Below, piece by piece: positions 8,794 through 18,073 of a DNA stretch of 54,328 nt. The stretch is from positions 1-54,328 of the IMG/VR virus record IMGVR_UViG_3300021602_000009; one strand, 5' to 3'. Each line of letters opens with the position of its first letter. The first letter of the stretch is position 1. Below the pieces are notes generated by a model. That model was not told where the DNA came from. It did not search any database and worked only from the letters and a program-made list of their open reading frames with translations. The DNA is from a virus. Taxonomy: Duplodnaviria; Caudoviricetes. Both the position numbers and the translations under genes were made by a program.

Positions 8794-8800
8794 CAGCAAT

Positions 8801-9079
8801 TTACACCACCTCATATTTACTCAATCGTTTCTCCAGTTCGGCAATACGTTTTTCCTTTTTATCAGCCCAGATGCGGTAGTTTACCGTCATAGCTTTTATT
8901 TGGATAAGTAAGCGGTCGATTTTATTCAGTGCAATTTTGAGTGGAGAGGAAAACTGACCGTTTTCAGGATCGTGAATCTGTTTGTGCAGAACAATGTGTA
9001 GTTGTTGCGGTGCAGATGGTTTTGTTTCCATAATCATAAATTCAGGAAACATGGTCTGTTGAATGGCGTTGTTTTGCAT
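8801..9079 (-). CDS. Hypothetical coiled-coil protein
   Basis: Tightly packed in the leftward operon. Confidence 0.65.
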   Translation of the reverse strand: MQNNAIQQTMFPEFMIMETKPSAPQQLHIVLHKQIHDPENGQFSSPLKIALNKIDRLLIQIKAMTVNYRIWADKKEKRIAELEKRLSKYEVV

Positions 9080-9081
9080 GA

Positions 9082-9267
9082 TTACTTAAATTTAGATTGT
9101 TTGTATAGTCTGTTTTTTCGTTGACTGGTAGTATGCCATGCGTTACAGTCTTTGCAGTAATACATGTTGCGTTCGCTGCGTACCGTATTGCCTTTTCGCC
9201 TTTTAATCCGCGACCGGCACAATACGCCAATAGCTCCGTATTTGTTATGACTTACTTTGTCGCACAT
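9082..9267 (-). CDS. Small zinc-finger-like protein
   Basis: MCDK...YYCKDCNAWHTTS motif. Confidence 0.65.
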   Translation of the reverse strand: MCDKVSHNKYGAIGVLCRSRIKRRKGNTVRSERNMYYCKDCNAWHTTSQRKNRLYKQSKFK

Positions 9268-9745
9268 GGTATAGAAAATAACCCGAAACAAAACCACCTA
9301 CCAAACAAATAAGGTGAAGCAAAGCAGCACTGTCGGGACGTAAAAAACTAAGTATCAGGTTAGCAGCAATCAGTATCAGGTTTATGATTACAGAACTTAA
9401 TCGTTTAAACAGAATTACGCTACTTTGGATAAAATGCAGGTATAACCCCAACATGACATACACCATTCCGCTGGCACCCACTACCGTAAGCGAATAACTG
9501 CACACCCACGAAGCACCCGAAGCCAACCCAATGATAAGCAATGCCAACACCACCGGACGAATATACAGGCGAAGCAATCGGAATAACGACCAGAAAGCAA
9601 AACTATTCAGCAATAAGTGCCAAACAGAAGCGTGTTGAAACATGTAGCTGAAATGCGTCCACCACGGAGAATGAGCAGAATAACCCAGCTCAGTGCCAAA
9701 ACAGCCGAATGTAACGGAAAATAGGATTAGAAAAGCATAGTTCAT
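9245..9745 (-). CDS. Rhomboid-family intramembrane serine protease
   Basis: YMFQHASVWHLLLN, catalytic GASG, C-terminal HLICLVGG and multiple TM segments. Confidence 0.85.
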   Translation of the reverse strand: MNYAFLILFSVTFGCFGTELGYSAHSPWWTHFSYMFQHASVWHLLLNSFAFWSLFRLLRLYIRPVVLALLIIGLASGASWVCSYSLTVVGASGMVYVMLGLYLHFIQSSVILFKRLSSVIINLILIAANLILSFLRPDSAALLHLICLVGGFVSGYFLYHVRQSKS

Positions 9746-9747
9746 AC

Positions 9748-10113
9748 TTACAAATTTGCAAAATGATTAGATTCTGACTGTTCCACTGCCGACAATACGC
9801 GTTCCCAGCCGGAGAAACCCTCCATATTATGATCGTCGATATACATGTGAGCATATACTTTTCGTGAATTACTACCGTATTTTTCAGTGTTCACCGGATT
9901 ATTGTCGTTGATGCGATGAAACTTAATGCCGGTATGAATCAGAAAATTGATAGCCTTAAGCAGTTCGGCACCATCACGGCTGGTCCATATAATAATGTAG
10001 TGACCATTATCGTACAGTTGGTTGATTACTTCCTTTGAATTGGGCAATAGCTCACCAATAGCAGGGAATTTATTGTGGACGATAGTTCCGTCGAAGTCGA
10101 TAGCAAGAATCAT
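9748..10113 (-). CDS. HAD-superfamily phosphatase-like protein
   Basis: IDFDGTI, WTSR and K...YIDD motifs. Confidence 0.85.
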   Translation of the reverse strand: MILAIDFDGTIVHNKFPAIGELLPNSKEVINQLYDNGHYIIIWTSRDGAELLKAINFLIHTGIKFHRINDNNPVNTEKYGSNSRKVYAHMYIDDHNMEGFSGWERVLSAVEQSESNHFANL

Positions 10114-10114
10114 A

Positions 10115-10465
10115 TTAGTTGCGATTTTGAATTAGTTGACTGGATTTATTGGAGCGTTTAATTTGGAGTTGCTGGCTGACTGCATATCTTATTGTTCGTT
10201 CACTTACACAAACGCTCGGTTGATTTTCGTAGGCAAACCAGATAGAAGCCTGAACATTTTGAGACTGGAGAAAGTGTAAGCGGAAGATGCTGTAAATTTT
10301 ATCCGCGTTACGGAATTTTGCCCGGTTTGCGGTATAAATAATGTTTCTTACCCGGCGAAGCGACAATTTAGTTGGCAGAGGTCTTTGGCTTATTTCCCGG
10401 AACGTGAGATGTTCCTCATTCCATAATCTGAATATCTCTTCGTCTCTTTCTGTATTGTATTTCAT
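10115..10465 (-). CDS. Putative HTH transcriptional regulator
   Basis: RDEEIFRL...LSLRRVRNII and VSERTIRYAV helix-turn-helix-like segments. Confidence 0.55.
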   Translation of the reverse strand: MKYNTERDEEIFRLWNEEHLTFREISQRPLPTKLSLRRVRNIIYTANRAKFRNADKIYSIFRLHFLQSQNVQASIWFAYENQPSVCVSERTIRYAVSQQLQIKRSNKSSQLIQNRN

Positions 10466-10521
10466 ACGATTTAAACTAAATAGAAGGATTAATGCGACAA
10501 ATGTAGGAATTTAATTTTAGT

Positions 10522-10537
10522 TTTGCAAACGTGGTCA
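10522..10537 (+). promoter_or_regulatory. 16-bp motif TTTGCAAACGTGGTCA upstream of the capsid operon
   Basis: Identical copy at 33228-33243 upstream of the portal operon. Confidence 0.6.
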
Positions 10538-10607
10538 CGAAATATTTTATAATTTTTTTTTATTTGTATTCGATTTTATTAGCGAAAAGCAAATACAAAC
10601 ACAAATT

Positions 10608-11432
10608 ATGGAAACTACAGAAGAAAAAATGCCACCTATTCCAGCCGTTGAAACCACAGCAGAGGGCGAAGCAGGCGCAGTTCACGAAGAAATGCAGACA
10701 CAACCCACAGGACGTGACGCATTTATGGGACGATACAAAACCGCTTATCCCGAAAAGCAGGAAGACCCCAGCGAAGACGAACTGTACGAACATGCTAACA
10801 AAGGCTGGAGCGAACGCGACGAATATGAAGGTAAATACGGACATCTGAACTCACTAAATGAAACCCTTGCAGCAAATATCAGTGAATATCCACAATTTGC
10901 ACAATTTGTAGCAATGGTAGCCAACGGAGCAAATCCGTGGTTTGCACTCGGTAGCTGTATTGGTCCTAATGCCGACAAGTTGGACGAAGAATCGCAGAAG
11001 CAATTTGAGAACGGAAAGGCAGAATACAATAAACGTATTGAGCAGGTGAAAGGTAACTTTGATAATTATACCAAAGACCTGAAAGCCTACGGAGAAGCCA
11101 ACGGACTGACACCCGAACAAGTTGATGAACTTGACGACAAAATAATGGAGATAGCCGATGCCTTTGCCGACCGTGACATTCCGACTGAAGTAATTGACAT
11201 TGTATTTAAAGGAATGGACTACGACAACGAGAACGCAGCCCGTGAAGAAGCTGCTAAACTTGCCGGAAAGAATGCCGCCATTGACGAAATGAAAGGTAAA
11301 AACGCTAAGAAAAGCGCATTACCCGATCTGACCGGAAATCGAAGCAACAAAACACCGGGTGCCGGAATTTCAAAAAACTTTGCACCGAAAGTTCAAAACA
11401 TTCAGGACGCACTGACGGAAAAGGACATTTAG
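10608..11432 (+). CDS. Putative capsid scaffolding protein
   Basis: Acidic, helical protein directly upstream of the capsid candidate. Confidence 0.6.
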   Translation: METTEEKMPPIPAVETTAEGEAGAVHEEMQTQPTGRDAFMGRYKTAYPEKQEDPSEDELYEHANKGWSERDEYEGKYGHLNSLNETLAANISEYPQFAQFVAMVANGANPWFALGSCIGPNADKLDEESQKQFENGKAEYNKRIEQVKGNFDNYTKDLKAYGEANGLTPEQVDELDDKIMEIADAFADRDIPTEVIDIVFKGMDYDNENAAREEAAKLAGKNAAIDEMKGKNAKKSALPDLTGNRSNKTPGAGISKNFAPKVQNIQDALTEKDI

Positions 11433-11489
11433 TCGGCAGTAAGCAGTAAGCAGTAAGCAGTAAGCAGTAGCAGTAAGCAGTAGCAGTAA
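11431..11489 (+). repeat. Heptamer tandem repeat (AGTAAGC)n
   Basis: About 9 units, some imperfect, between the scaffold and capsid genes. Confidence 0.9.
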
Positions 11490-11519
11490 ATAAATTTTAA
11501 TAATTAAAAACAATAAGGT

Positions 11520-12857
11520 ATGAAAAAGTATTTTGGAATTTGGAAATCGAGCGGATTAGTCATGATGATTCTCATGGCATTATGCTCACTAATGGGAGTT
11601 CACGGTATGCCAGTAATGACAGCCGATGTAACTTATGGAGAAGCAATATCGTTTCAGCAGGCATTTGCGGATGCACCTGAAATAGTAAAAGCTGTAATCG
11701 AAAGAGAAGTAGTAGTGATTAAGCCACACTTAACGCCACTTTATACTCTGGGAAGTAAACACGCAAAAGTAAGTGATGCTAAATCGCGCATTATTCATTA
11801 TGACGAGATGGAAGCCAGTCCGCTAAGCACTAAAGTAGGCACAGCTTACACAGGAAGCGGACAGATTCAGGATGCCATTAATTTTGCCGACAATGCATTA
11901 ATTGCTATCAATGAAACCGTATTCTTCAAAGGAATTAATGGTTATCTGGAAGACGGAACTACAGTGGACGGTTGGTTTGCTGCGGTAGTAGTGGATAAAG
12001 ATAATACAGGTAAACCTATCATTAAACCTATCAACGGTAAACTGAATAGTTCAACGCCGAATACTATTCCATCATTGGCACTGAATACCGTAGTATTACG
12101 TGGTTTGCGTACCGGTTCGGAAACACAGATCAGAACAGCACCATTAGTAGCAACTCCAGTACAGAAAACCCAATACATGCAAAAATCAATTATGGAGACG
12201 AAGGAAACTACCGACTTCATTTTGAATCAGGAAATTGCAGACGTAAAATGGGGAAAAACTGAAATTACCGATTTTGCCATTTTTGAACATAAACTAACGG
12301 CCGAAACCGATATTTTGATTGGTAAGAAACGCAAGTTGAACATTGCCAATAAATATAACGACAACTCACCCGAAGAAACATTCTTCCAGGAAGGACTTTG
12401 GTGGCAAGCTGGTAAAGATCATTCACTCCCAACAGCAGCAGTGAAAGGTGACTTGATTAGCATGATGAAAACTATATTTGTGGGAAATGCTTCCTCTAAT
12501 ACAAAAATCCTGTTTGCAGGAGCTGATATTGTGGAAACATTGAGCAAAGTAGATTACGATCAGGTGATTTATCCGGGCAAACCCGCACAAGTATTCGGAT
12601 TGGACGTACAGCAAATTATTTACGGACAATATAAATTGCTTATTTGCTCCGAACCAGCCTTTGACGATTTGCAAATGCCGGGTTACGGATTGGTAATTGA
12701 CGATGCGTATTTGTACAAATATACCCGTGGTTGGCAAACCATTAATCTGGATAACGAAAAACTGGGTATCTCAGCAACTCAAAGTCAGATTATTATTGAC
12801 AACTTTGGCTATGTGCTGAAAAACGCCAAAGCCCACACCCGCGTGAAACTCGTGTAA
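11520..12857 (+). CDS. Major capsid protein with a hydrophobic N-terminal leader
   Basis: Size and position after the scaffold gene, followed by a terminator; TPLYTL, QYMQK and EGLWWQAG segments typical of Bacteroidota phage capsid proteins. Confidence 0.7.
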   Translation: MKKYFGIWKSSGLVMMILMALCSLMGVHGMPVMTADVTYGEAISFQQAFADAPEIVKAVIEREVVVIKPHLTPLYTLGSKHAKVSDAKSRIIHYDEMEASPLSTKVGTAYTGSGQIQDAINFADNALIAINETVFFKGINGYLEDGTTVDGWFAAVVVDKDNTGKPIIKPINGKLNSSTPNTIPSLALNTVVLRGLRTGSETQIRTAPLVATPVQKTQYMQKSIMETKETTDFILNQEIADVKWGKTEITDFAIFEHKLTAETDILIGKKRKLNIANKYNDNSPEETFFQEGLWWQAGKDHSLPTAAVKGDLISMMKTIFVGNASSNTKILFAGADIVETLSKVDYDQVIYPGKPAQVFGLDVQQIIYGQYKLLICSEPAFDDLQMPGYGLVIDDAYLYKYTRGWQTINLDNEKLGISATQSQIIIDNFGYVLKNAKAHTRVKLV

Positions 12858-12867
12858 GCAAAAACCA

Positions 12868-12903
12868 AAAGCAGAGATGTAAATAACCTTACGTCTCTGC
12901 TTT
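12868..12903 (+). terminator. Hairpin terminator after the capsid gene
   Basis: AAAGCAGAGATGTAA/TTACGTCTCTGCTTT. Confidence 0.65.
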
Positions 12904-12917
12904 AATATCATAATACG

Positions 12918-13553
12918 ATGAAAATGTATAAAATGCAAACGATAGGACAGGAACATACGATTCCGGTACCTATGAACGGAGAAAACCGTTATATCAAGTT
13001 TATCAAAGTGGCTGCGAATAATCCTTTTGCGTATTACAGCACGGACGATGCAGCAGTTCAGAAAGCCATTGAAGGCAGTAAAATGTTTGAAAGTGGGGAA
13101 ATTGCGAAGATGGGAGAAGAAACAGAGTTGCCAGTAGGCAGTGAGCAGTCGGCAGAAGAACCCCCAACCCCTAAAGGGGAAAAACAGTTGACAGTTGACA
13201 GTGAGCAGACGGCAGATAACAACCCAGAATTGGAAGAACAAATTATCGCTGTAGGTGGAGAACAGGAGCAGTTGCCAGTAGGCAGTGAACAGTCGGAAGA
13301 AGAACCCCTAACCCCTGAAGGGGAAAATCAGTCAACCGACGACAGTCAACCGACGACCGACGAAAACCCAGAACCGGGAGTGAAAGCAACTGAATACCCT
13401 GATGTAACTACCTTTCAGCAAGCTAAAGAGATATTGAGTTCAGAACCTTATAAGGTTGCAAAAATCGTTATCAGTACTCCACCGAAAATTTTGAAGAAAG
13501 CTGCAGAATTAGGCGTATTATTTCCAAACCTGAAAGCAGTTGCGGTACAATAA
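12918..13553 (+). CDS. Hypothetical head-module protein with a duplicated repeat-derived acidic insert
   Basis: LPVGSEQS-EEP-TP-GE occurs twice. Confidence 0.75.
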   Translation: MKMYKMQTIGQEHTIPVPMNGENRYIKFIKVAANNPFAYYSTDDAAVQKAIEGSKMFESGEIAKMGEETELPVGSEQSAEEPPTPKGEKQLTVDSEQTADNNPELEEQIIAVGGEQEQLPVGSEQSEEEPLTPEGENQSTDDSQPTTDENPEPGVKATEYPDVTTFQQAKEILSSEPYKVAKIVISTPPKILKKAAELGVLFPNLKAVAVQ

Positions 13554-13576
13554 AATAAACTATTTAAGATTTAATG

Positions 13577-13613
13577 AAAAGCGGGATTGAGATGATTAAT
13601 CTCGCTTTTTTTT
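13577..13613 (+). terminator. Intrinsic terminator
   Basis: AGCGGGATT/AATCTCGCT stem followed by a T-run. Confidence 0.75.
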
Positions 13614-13629
13614 CAAAAATACAATCAAC

Positions 13630-14295
13630 ATGACAAAAGCGGATTTCATATCACTTGTATTGCGAATACTCAACGAAGCCGACGCAAGTATAGACGGAAC
13701 AACACTCGTGGGAGCAGATATGACCAATATATCCACTTATGTTGAAAAACTCTATCCGGTAGCTTATCGCCGAAGCGTGAAATTATTTCCCCGAAACTGG
13801 TATGCAGCCAAAACAGTAAGTACTCCCACAGTAACAGCCAATGTACCCGACGGGACGGGTTACTACATATTACCCGGTGATTACCTGGAACTTATAAGTT
13901 TTAAGATGCAGGGATGGAAAACAGCCTGCATGACAGCACCCGAAGAAACCCCACAACTAAATAAGAAACAAAGTAACGAATATCTGCGTGGCACAGTTCA
14001 ACGTCCGGTATGCATACTACGAATGATACCGGTAACAACAATAGTTGCACCGATAACCACCACGATTAAAAAAGTATTGTATTACTACTCCCTTCCACGC
14101 ACATCGGATGCAGCAACACATGTAGTAGAACAATTTATATACATACCCAATGTAGATACATTGGGAAGTACAGTAGATGTATCAGACGCAGGAATAATGG
14201 CACTGGCTTACCTTACAGCATCGACAGTATTGATAAGCGTTGAAAAAACAGTACAAGCACAAGCAATAGAAGCAAAAATACCCGAATTAATATAA
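13630..14295 (+). CDS. Putative head-tail adaptor (tail tubular A-like)
   Basis: Size, position and YYILPGDYLEL motif. Confidence 0.55.
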   Translation: MTKADFISLVLRILNEADASIDGTTLVGADMTNISTYVEKLYPVAYRRSVKLFPRNWYAAKTVSTPTVTANVPDGTGYYILPGDYLELISFKMQGWKTACMTAPEETPQLNKKQSNEYLRGTVQRPVCILRMIPVTTIVAPITTTIKKVLYYYSLPRTSDAATHVVEQFIYIPNVDTLGSTVDVSDAGIMALAYLTASTVLISVEKTVQAQAIEAKIPELI

Positions 14296-14300
14296 GCATT

Positions 14301-17300
14301 ATGGAAATACTAACATCATTAAAAACGCCTGTAAATACTTTAGCAGATTTATATTCAAATTTCAAAGATGGAGGAGAATCCGGTTGGTTTACGTTTGCCG
14401 GTACCGATGCTAAATTTTATTTTTGGAATGGTGAAAAATGGAAGGAATTGATTTATACCACCATTACTGAAGATACGAATAATGAAGGACAGTATTATTA
14501 CGCAGGACTGATTGATGGATTATCAGGTACGTTTCATCTGATAAATTACTATAATTATAATAATGCGTTGGTGCGCGTATTGCATCATGTACAAACAAAT
14601 CAGGTATTTTACCGTGGCGAAACACTTGTTTCAATATGGGAAACTCCTGACATAAGCATTGCATCGCCAACCGAATCGGACGTAGTTGTAATTAATGAAT
14701 TGCAACGGTACCAAAACGAGCAACAGCGAAAGACCAATGAATTAGAACGGATTGATGCTGAATTAAACAGAGAAACACAAGAAGGAGAGCGACAAACTAC
14801 ATTTACGGAAAATGAATCAGAACGTCAATCAACCTTTGAAGAAAATGAGAATACCCGGCAAGAAAACGAAAATACCCGCATTAATACCGAACAGGACCGT
14901 GTAAGCGCAGAAGGAGCCAGAGTAATCGCTGAAAATTCACGGGAAGAAAATACAGAAACAGCTATACAAAATGCTGAAAACGCAACAAGCTCAGCCAACG
15001 CAGCAGCCGCAGCAGCTCCGAAAACTATCACACTGATATCTATTACCACCCTGCCTTCAGCAAGTAGTCATTCGGTTGGAGACAAAGCATATCAACTATC
15101 AGATAAAAAAATATATACTATTAGCAATACAGGTGATGAGTGGGTGGATGAGGTAACGCCACGGGAAGTTGACCGGTTTATTTTTAATGATGTAGAGTAC
15201 CAATTTTCAAATAATCAACTTATTCATACCGATAATGGTATAGTTTCAATTGCCCGAACTTCCGGAAACGGAGCTGCCGGCACGGATGATACTTATACCA
15301 TCACTTTTACCAATGGAACAACAACTACTTTCGTAGTGCATAACGGTAGTAATGGTACTAACGGAAATAACGGTAAAGGAATTACTTCAATTACCCGCAC
15401 AAGTGGCACAGGCGCAGCCGGAACTACCGACACCTATACGATTACATTTACTGATTCAAGTACTACTACATTTCAGGTAGTGAATGGAGCGAATGGAACG
15501 GGTGCAACTGTGGAAAATGTAAGAAGTCAAAACCCTGCAAAAGTACCCAGCAGTAAGTTGATGGATGATGAATTGAATAAGAAAGCTGTTTTTAATGTAA
15601 CTACAGAAGTTCCTTTATCAGCAGGCCAATATTATACAGCCACTACAGCCAGAGCTGCTGTGCCTACCGGAGTGAAGAAATTAGGATTGGAGATTACTTA
15701 TGCAACCAGTGCAGGTGTGTGGGTGAGTGAGAAGTTTGTGGGGAGTGATGTGGCAAATTGGAATGATTTTGGTTTTTGGTCAGATATGTTTGTAAAACAA
15801 ATATCGCTACAAAGCAAAAACTTATTCAATAAAGCTACGGCTGCATTAGGAACTCTCACGAATGGCATTTTTGCAGCAGGTGGAACGAGTTGGTATGCAT
15901 CTGATTTTATACCTGTGACTGCAAGTACAAATGTTTTTGCACCAAGTGGATGCACGGTTTACCAGTACGATTCCGCAAAAAATTACATTGCAGGTTCATC
16001 ATCATCTCCAAGTGCATATTTTACAACACAAGCTACTTGTGCTTATTTAAGGGTTTCGATTTTCTACACAGTTTTAAATACTTTTCAGATTGAATATGGA
16101 ACAACATCTTCAAGTTATGCTGCTTATTCAAGAATAGTCAGATGTTCATCTATTGGCAATGAAACTGTTGTTGTTTTTAAACCAGACACTACTGATAGTG
16201 ATTTATTGGCTTTATTTAATAGCTATTATACTAAAACTGAAATTATTGCATTAAAACCAAATACAGTTGTAACTCAAAGCAAAAACTTATTCAATAAAGC
16301 TACGGCTGCATTAGGAACTCTCACGAATGGCATTTTTGCAGCAGGTGGAACGAGTTGGTATGCATCTGATTTTATACCTGTGACTGCAAGTACAAATGTT
16401 TTTGCACCAAGTGGATGCACGGTTTACCAGTACGATTCCGCAAAAAATTACATTGCAGGTTCATCATCATCTCCAAGTGCATATTTTACAACACAAGCTA
16501 CTTGTGCTTATTTAAGGGTTTCGATTTTCTACACAGTTTTAAATACTTTTCAGATTGAATATGGAACAACATCTTCAAGTTATGCTGCTTATTCAAGAAT
16601 AGTCAGATGTTCATCTATTGGCAATGAAACTGTTGTTGTTTTTAAACCAGACACTACTGATAGTGATTTATTGGCTTTATTTAATCCGAAATTATATGGC
16701 AAAAATTATCTAGCTATTGGAGATAGCGTTACAGCTGCACTGAATTATCAAGTTAAGGTAGCAAATTCATTAGGTATGAATTTGACAACACATGCATTAG
16801 GTGGTATTGGTATAGTGGCAATGGTTGATGGTGCAACTGATATTGCTGCATTAACTCCTACTGATTTGGTTGGAATTGATATAATTACATTTTTTGGAGG
16901 TTTAAATGACAGAGGGTTAGCAGATGGAGTAGTTACGGACTTATATCCAACTCAAAATACTTTGGCAGGTAAGTATAATTATGCCTTAAATAAATTATAT
17001 ACACTTGCTAATTCTGCTGGCAATACTACTTTAAATATAGTAGCAATTGCACCCTATAAATGTGGCAAATATGGTTGGATAGATGCAGATGGAGATGATG
17101 AATATCCAATTGGTTCAGGACGTAATTTATTAACCCAAGTTCAGATATTAGAAAAAGTATGTGAACGTAAAGGTGTACCTTTAATTAATTTATATAAGAA
17201 TTCTGGAATCAATGAATTCACATGGAATATTTACGGCGGTTCTAACTCTGCGACTAATCAATATACTTATATTGGCGAATTTGCCTCAATTGAATTATTG

Positions 17301-17486
17301 CCATCAGGGACTTTAAATCAAGCTGCAAGAGTCGTCGGAGTTGCTTATGCATATATCCACAATGGAACGCAATGGGTTTATGGTTCTAATCCTTATCCAT
17401 GGAATGCTGACCAATTACATTTATCGGAAGCCGGTCATGCTAGAATTGCAAGTATTATATCATCAAATTTGAAAACAATAATATAA
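14301..17486 (+). CDS. Tail fibre/spike with a C-terminal SGNH hydrolase domain
   Basis: Coiled-coil region, two GxxSIxRTSG..DTYTITFT repeats, a duplicated 137-aa module, and GDSVT, GGLND and DQLHLS motifs. Confidence 0.8.
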   Translation: MEILTSLKTPVNTLADLYSNFKDGGESGWFTFAGTDAKFYFWNGEKWKELIYTTITEDTNNEGQYYYAGLIDGLSGTFHLINYYNYNNALVRVLHHVQTNQVFYRGETLVSIWETPDISIASPTESDVVVINELQRYQNEQQRKTNELERIDAELNRETQEGERQTTFTENESERQSTFEENENTRQENENTRINTEQDRVSAEGARVIAENSREENTETAIQNAENATSSANAAAAAAPKTITLISITTLPSASSHSVGDKAYQLSDKKIYTISNTGDEWVDEVTPREVDRFIFNDVEYQFSNNQLIHTDNGIVSIARTSGNGAAGTDDTYTITFTNGTTTTFVVHNGSNGTNGNNGKGITSITRTSGTGAAGTTDTYTITFTDSSTTTFQVVNGANGTGATVENVRSQNPAKVPSSKLMDDELNKKAVFNVTTEVPLSAGQYYTATTARAAVPTGVKKLGLEITYATSAGVWVSEKFVGSDVANWNDFGFWSDMFVKQISLQSKNLFNKATAALGTLTNGIFAAGGTSWYASDFIPVTASTNVFAPSGCTVYQYDSAKNYIAGSSSSPSAYFTTQATCAYLRVSIFYTVLNTFQIEYGTTSSSYAAYSRIVRCSSIGNETVVVFKPDTTDSDLLALFNSYYTKTEIIALKPNTVVTQSKNLFNKATAALGTLTNGIFAAGGTSWYASDFIPVTASTNVFAPSGCTVYQYDSAKNYIAGSSSSPSAYFTTQATCAYLRVSIFYTVLNTFQIEYGTTSSSYAAYSRIVRCSSIGNETVVVFKPDTTDSDLLALFNPKLYGKNYLAIGDSVTAALNYQVKVANSLGMNLTTHALGGIGIVAMVDGATDIAALTPTDLVGIDIITFFGGLNDRGLADGVVTDLYPTQNTLAGKYNYALNKLYTLANSAGNTTLNIVAIAPYKCGKYGWIDADGDDEYPIGSGRNLLTQVQILEKVCERKGVPLINLYKNSGINEFTWNIYGGSNSATNQYTYIGEFASIELLPSGTLNQAARVVGVAYAYIHNGTQWVYGSNPYPWNADQLHLSEAGHARIASIISSNLKTII
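15810..16685 (+). repeat. 411-bp direct duplication (15810-16220 and 16275-16685)
   Basis: The copies appear identical by eye; period 465 bp, in frame. Confidence 0.92.
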
Positions 17487-17513
17487 GACCGATAACACTT
17501 TAATTAGTAACTT

Positions 17514-17909
17514 ATGTGCCAGGAACTTGAAAAGCAAATGCAGGAAATGCTTAAAGGAAGCAAACCAACTATAACCACTAAAGCAATAAATATTCTGGCT
17601 ATGGATATCGACAAAAAATTTGCCAACGTAGATGTAAAGTTGGATAACATTTTAGAACTTCTAAAAACAAACAAAGCCGATACCGATAAAAGAATAGATA
17701 AGTTACAAACAGAATCGACAGAGCGATGTGCAGCGCATAAGGTAGAGCTAACTAAGAAATTAAAAGAGCTTGACAAAGATGTGGAAACTATCAACTACTT
17801 CACTAATCACCCAAAAATTCTGAAAACTATTGCAGTGGCTATTTTAGCTATAGCTGCATTTGCACTTGGACATTCTAATTTGTTGGACATACTAAAATTT
17901 ATAAAATGA
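17514..17909 (+). CDS. Coiled-coil protein with a C-terminal TM helix (lysis module)
   Basis: Position upstream of the endolysin and a hydrophobic C-terminus. Confidence 0.6.
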   Translation: MCQELEKQMQEMLKGSKPTITTKAINILAMDIDKKFANVDVKLDNILELLKTNKADTDKRIDKLQTESTERCAAHKVELTKKLKELDKDVETINYFTNHPKILKTIAVAILAIAAFALGHSNLLDILKFIK

Positions 17910-18073
17910 AAAATTGGAAAACATCACTCGTAGGACTTGCAATCATTATTGCAGGTATCGTAGTTTTCATTCGGACGAATGACTACACGCAGGCAGGAGC
18001 TGCCATATTGGTTGGCACAGGGTTCTTATTTTCTAAAGATAACAATGTGACCGGAGGCACTAAAGCAGTATGA
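17906..18073 (+). CDS. Putative holin, 55 aa, two TM helices (not in the ORF track)
   Basis: MKNWKTSLVGLAIIIAGIVVFIRTNDYTQAGAAILVGTGFLFSKDNNVTGGTKAV; ATGA overlaps with both neighbouring genes. Confidence 0.7.
   Translation: MKNWKTSLVGLAIIIAGIVVFIRTNDYTQAGAAILVGTGFLFSKDNNVTGGTKAV

Noticed and set aside
8787-9079. Fifth cassette starting at GTTATGGCA
   Set aside because: No complementary TGCCATAAC box or hairpin follows nearby. It is more likely the right half of the original insertion site.
15810-16685. Diversity-generating retroelement TR/VR pair
   Set aside because: The copies show no adenine-specific differences, both are in frame in one gene, and I found no reverse transcriptase.
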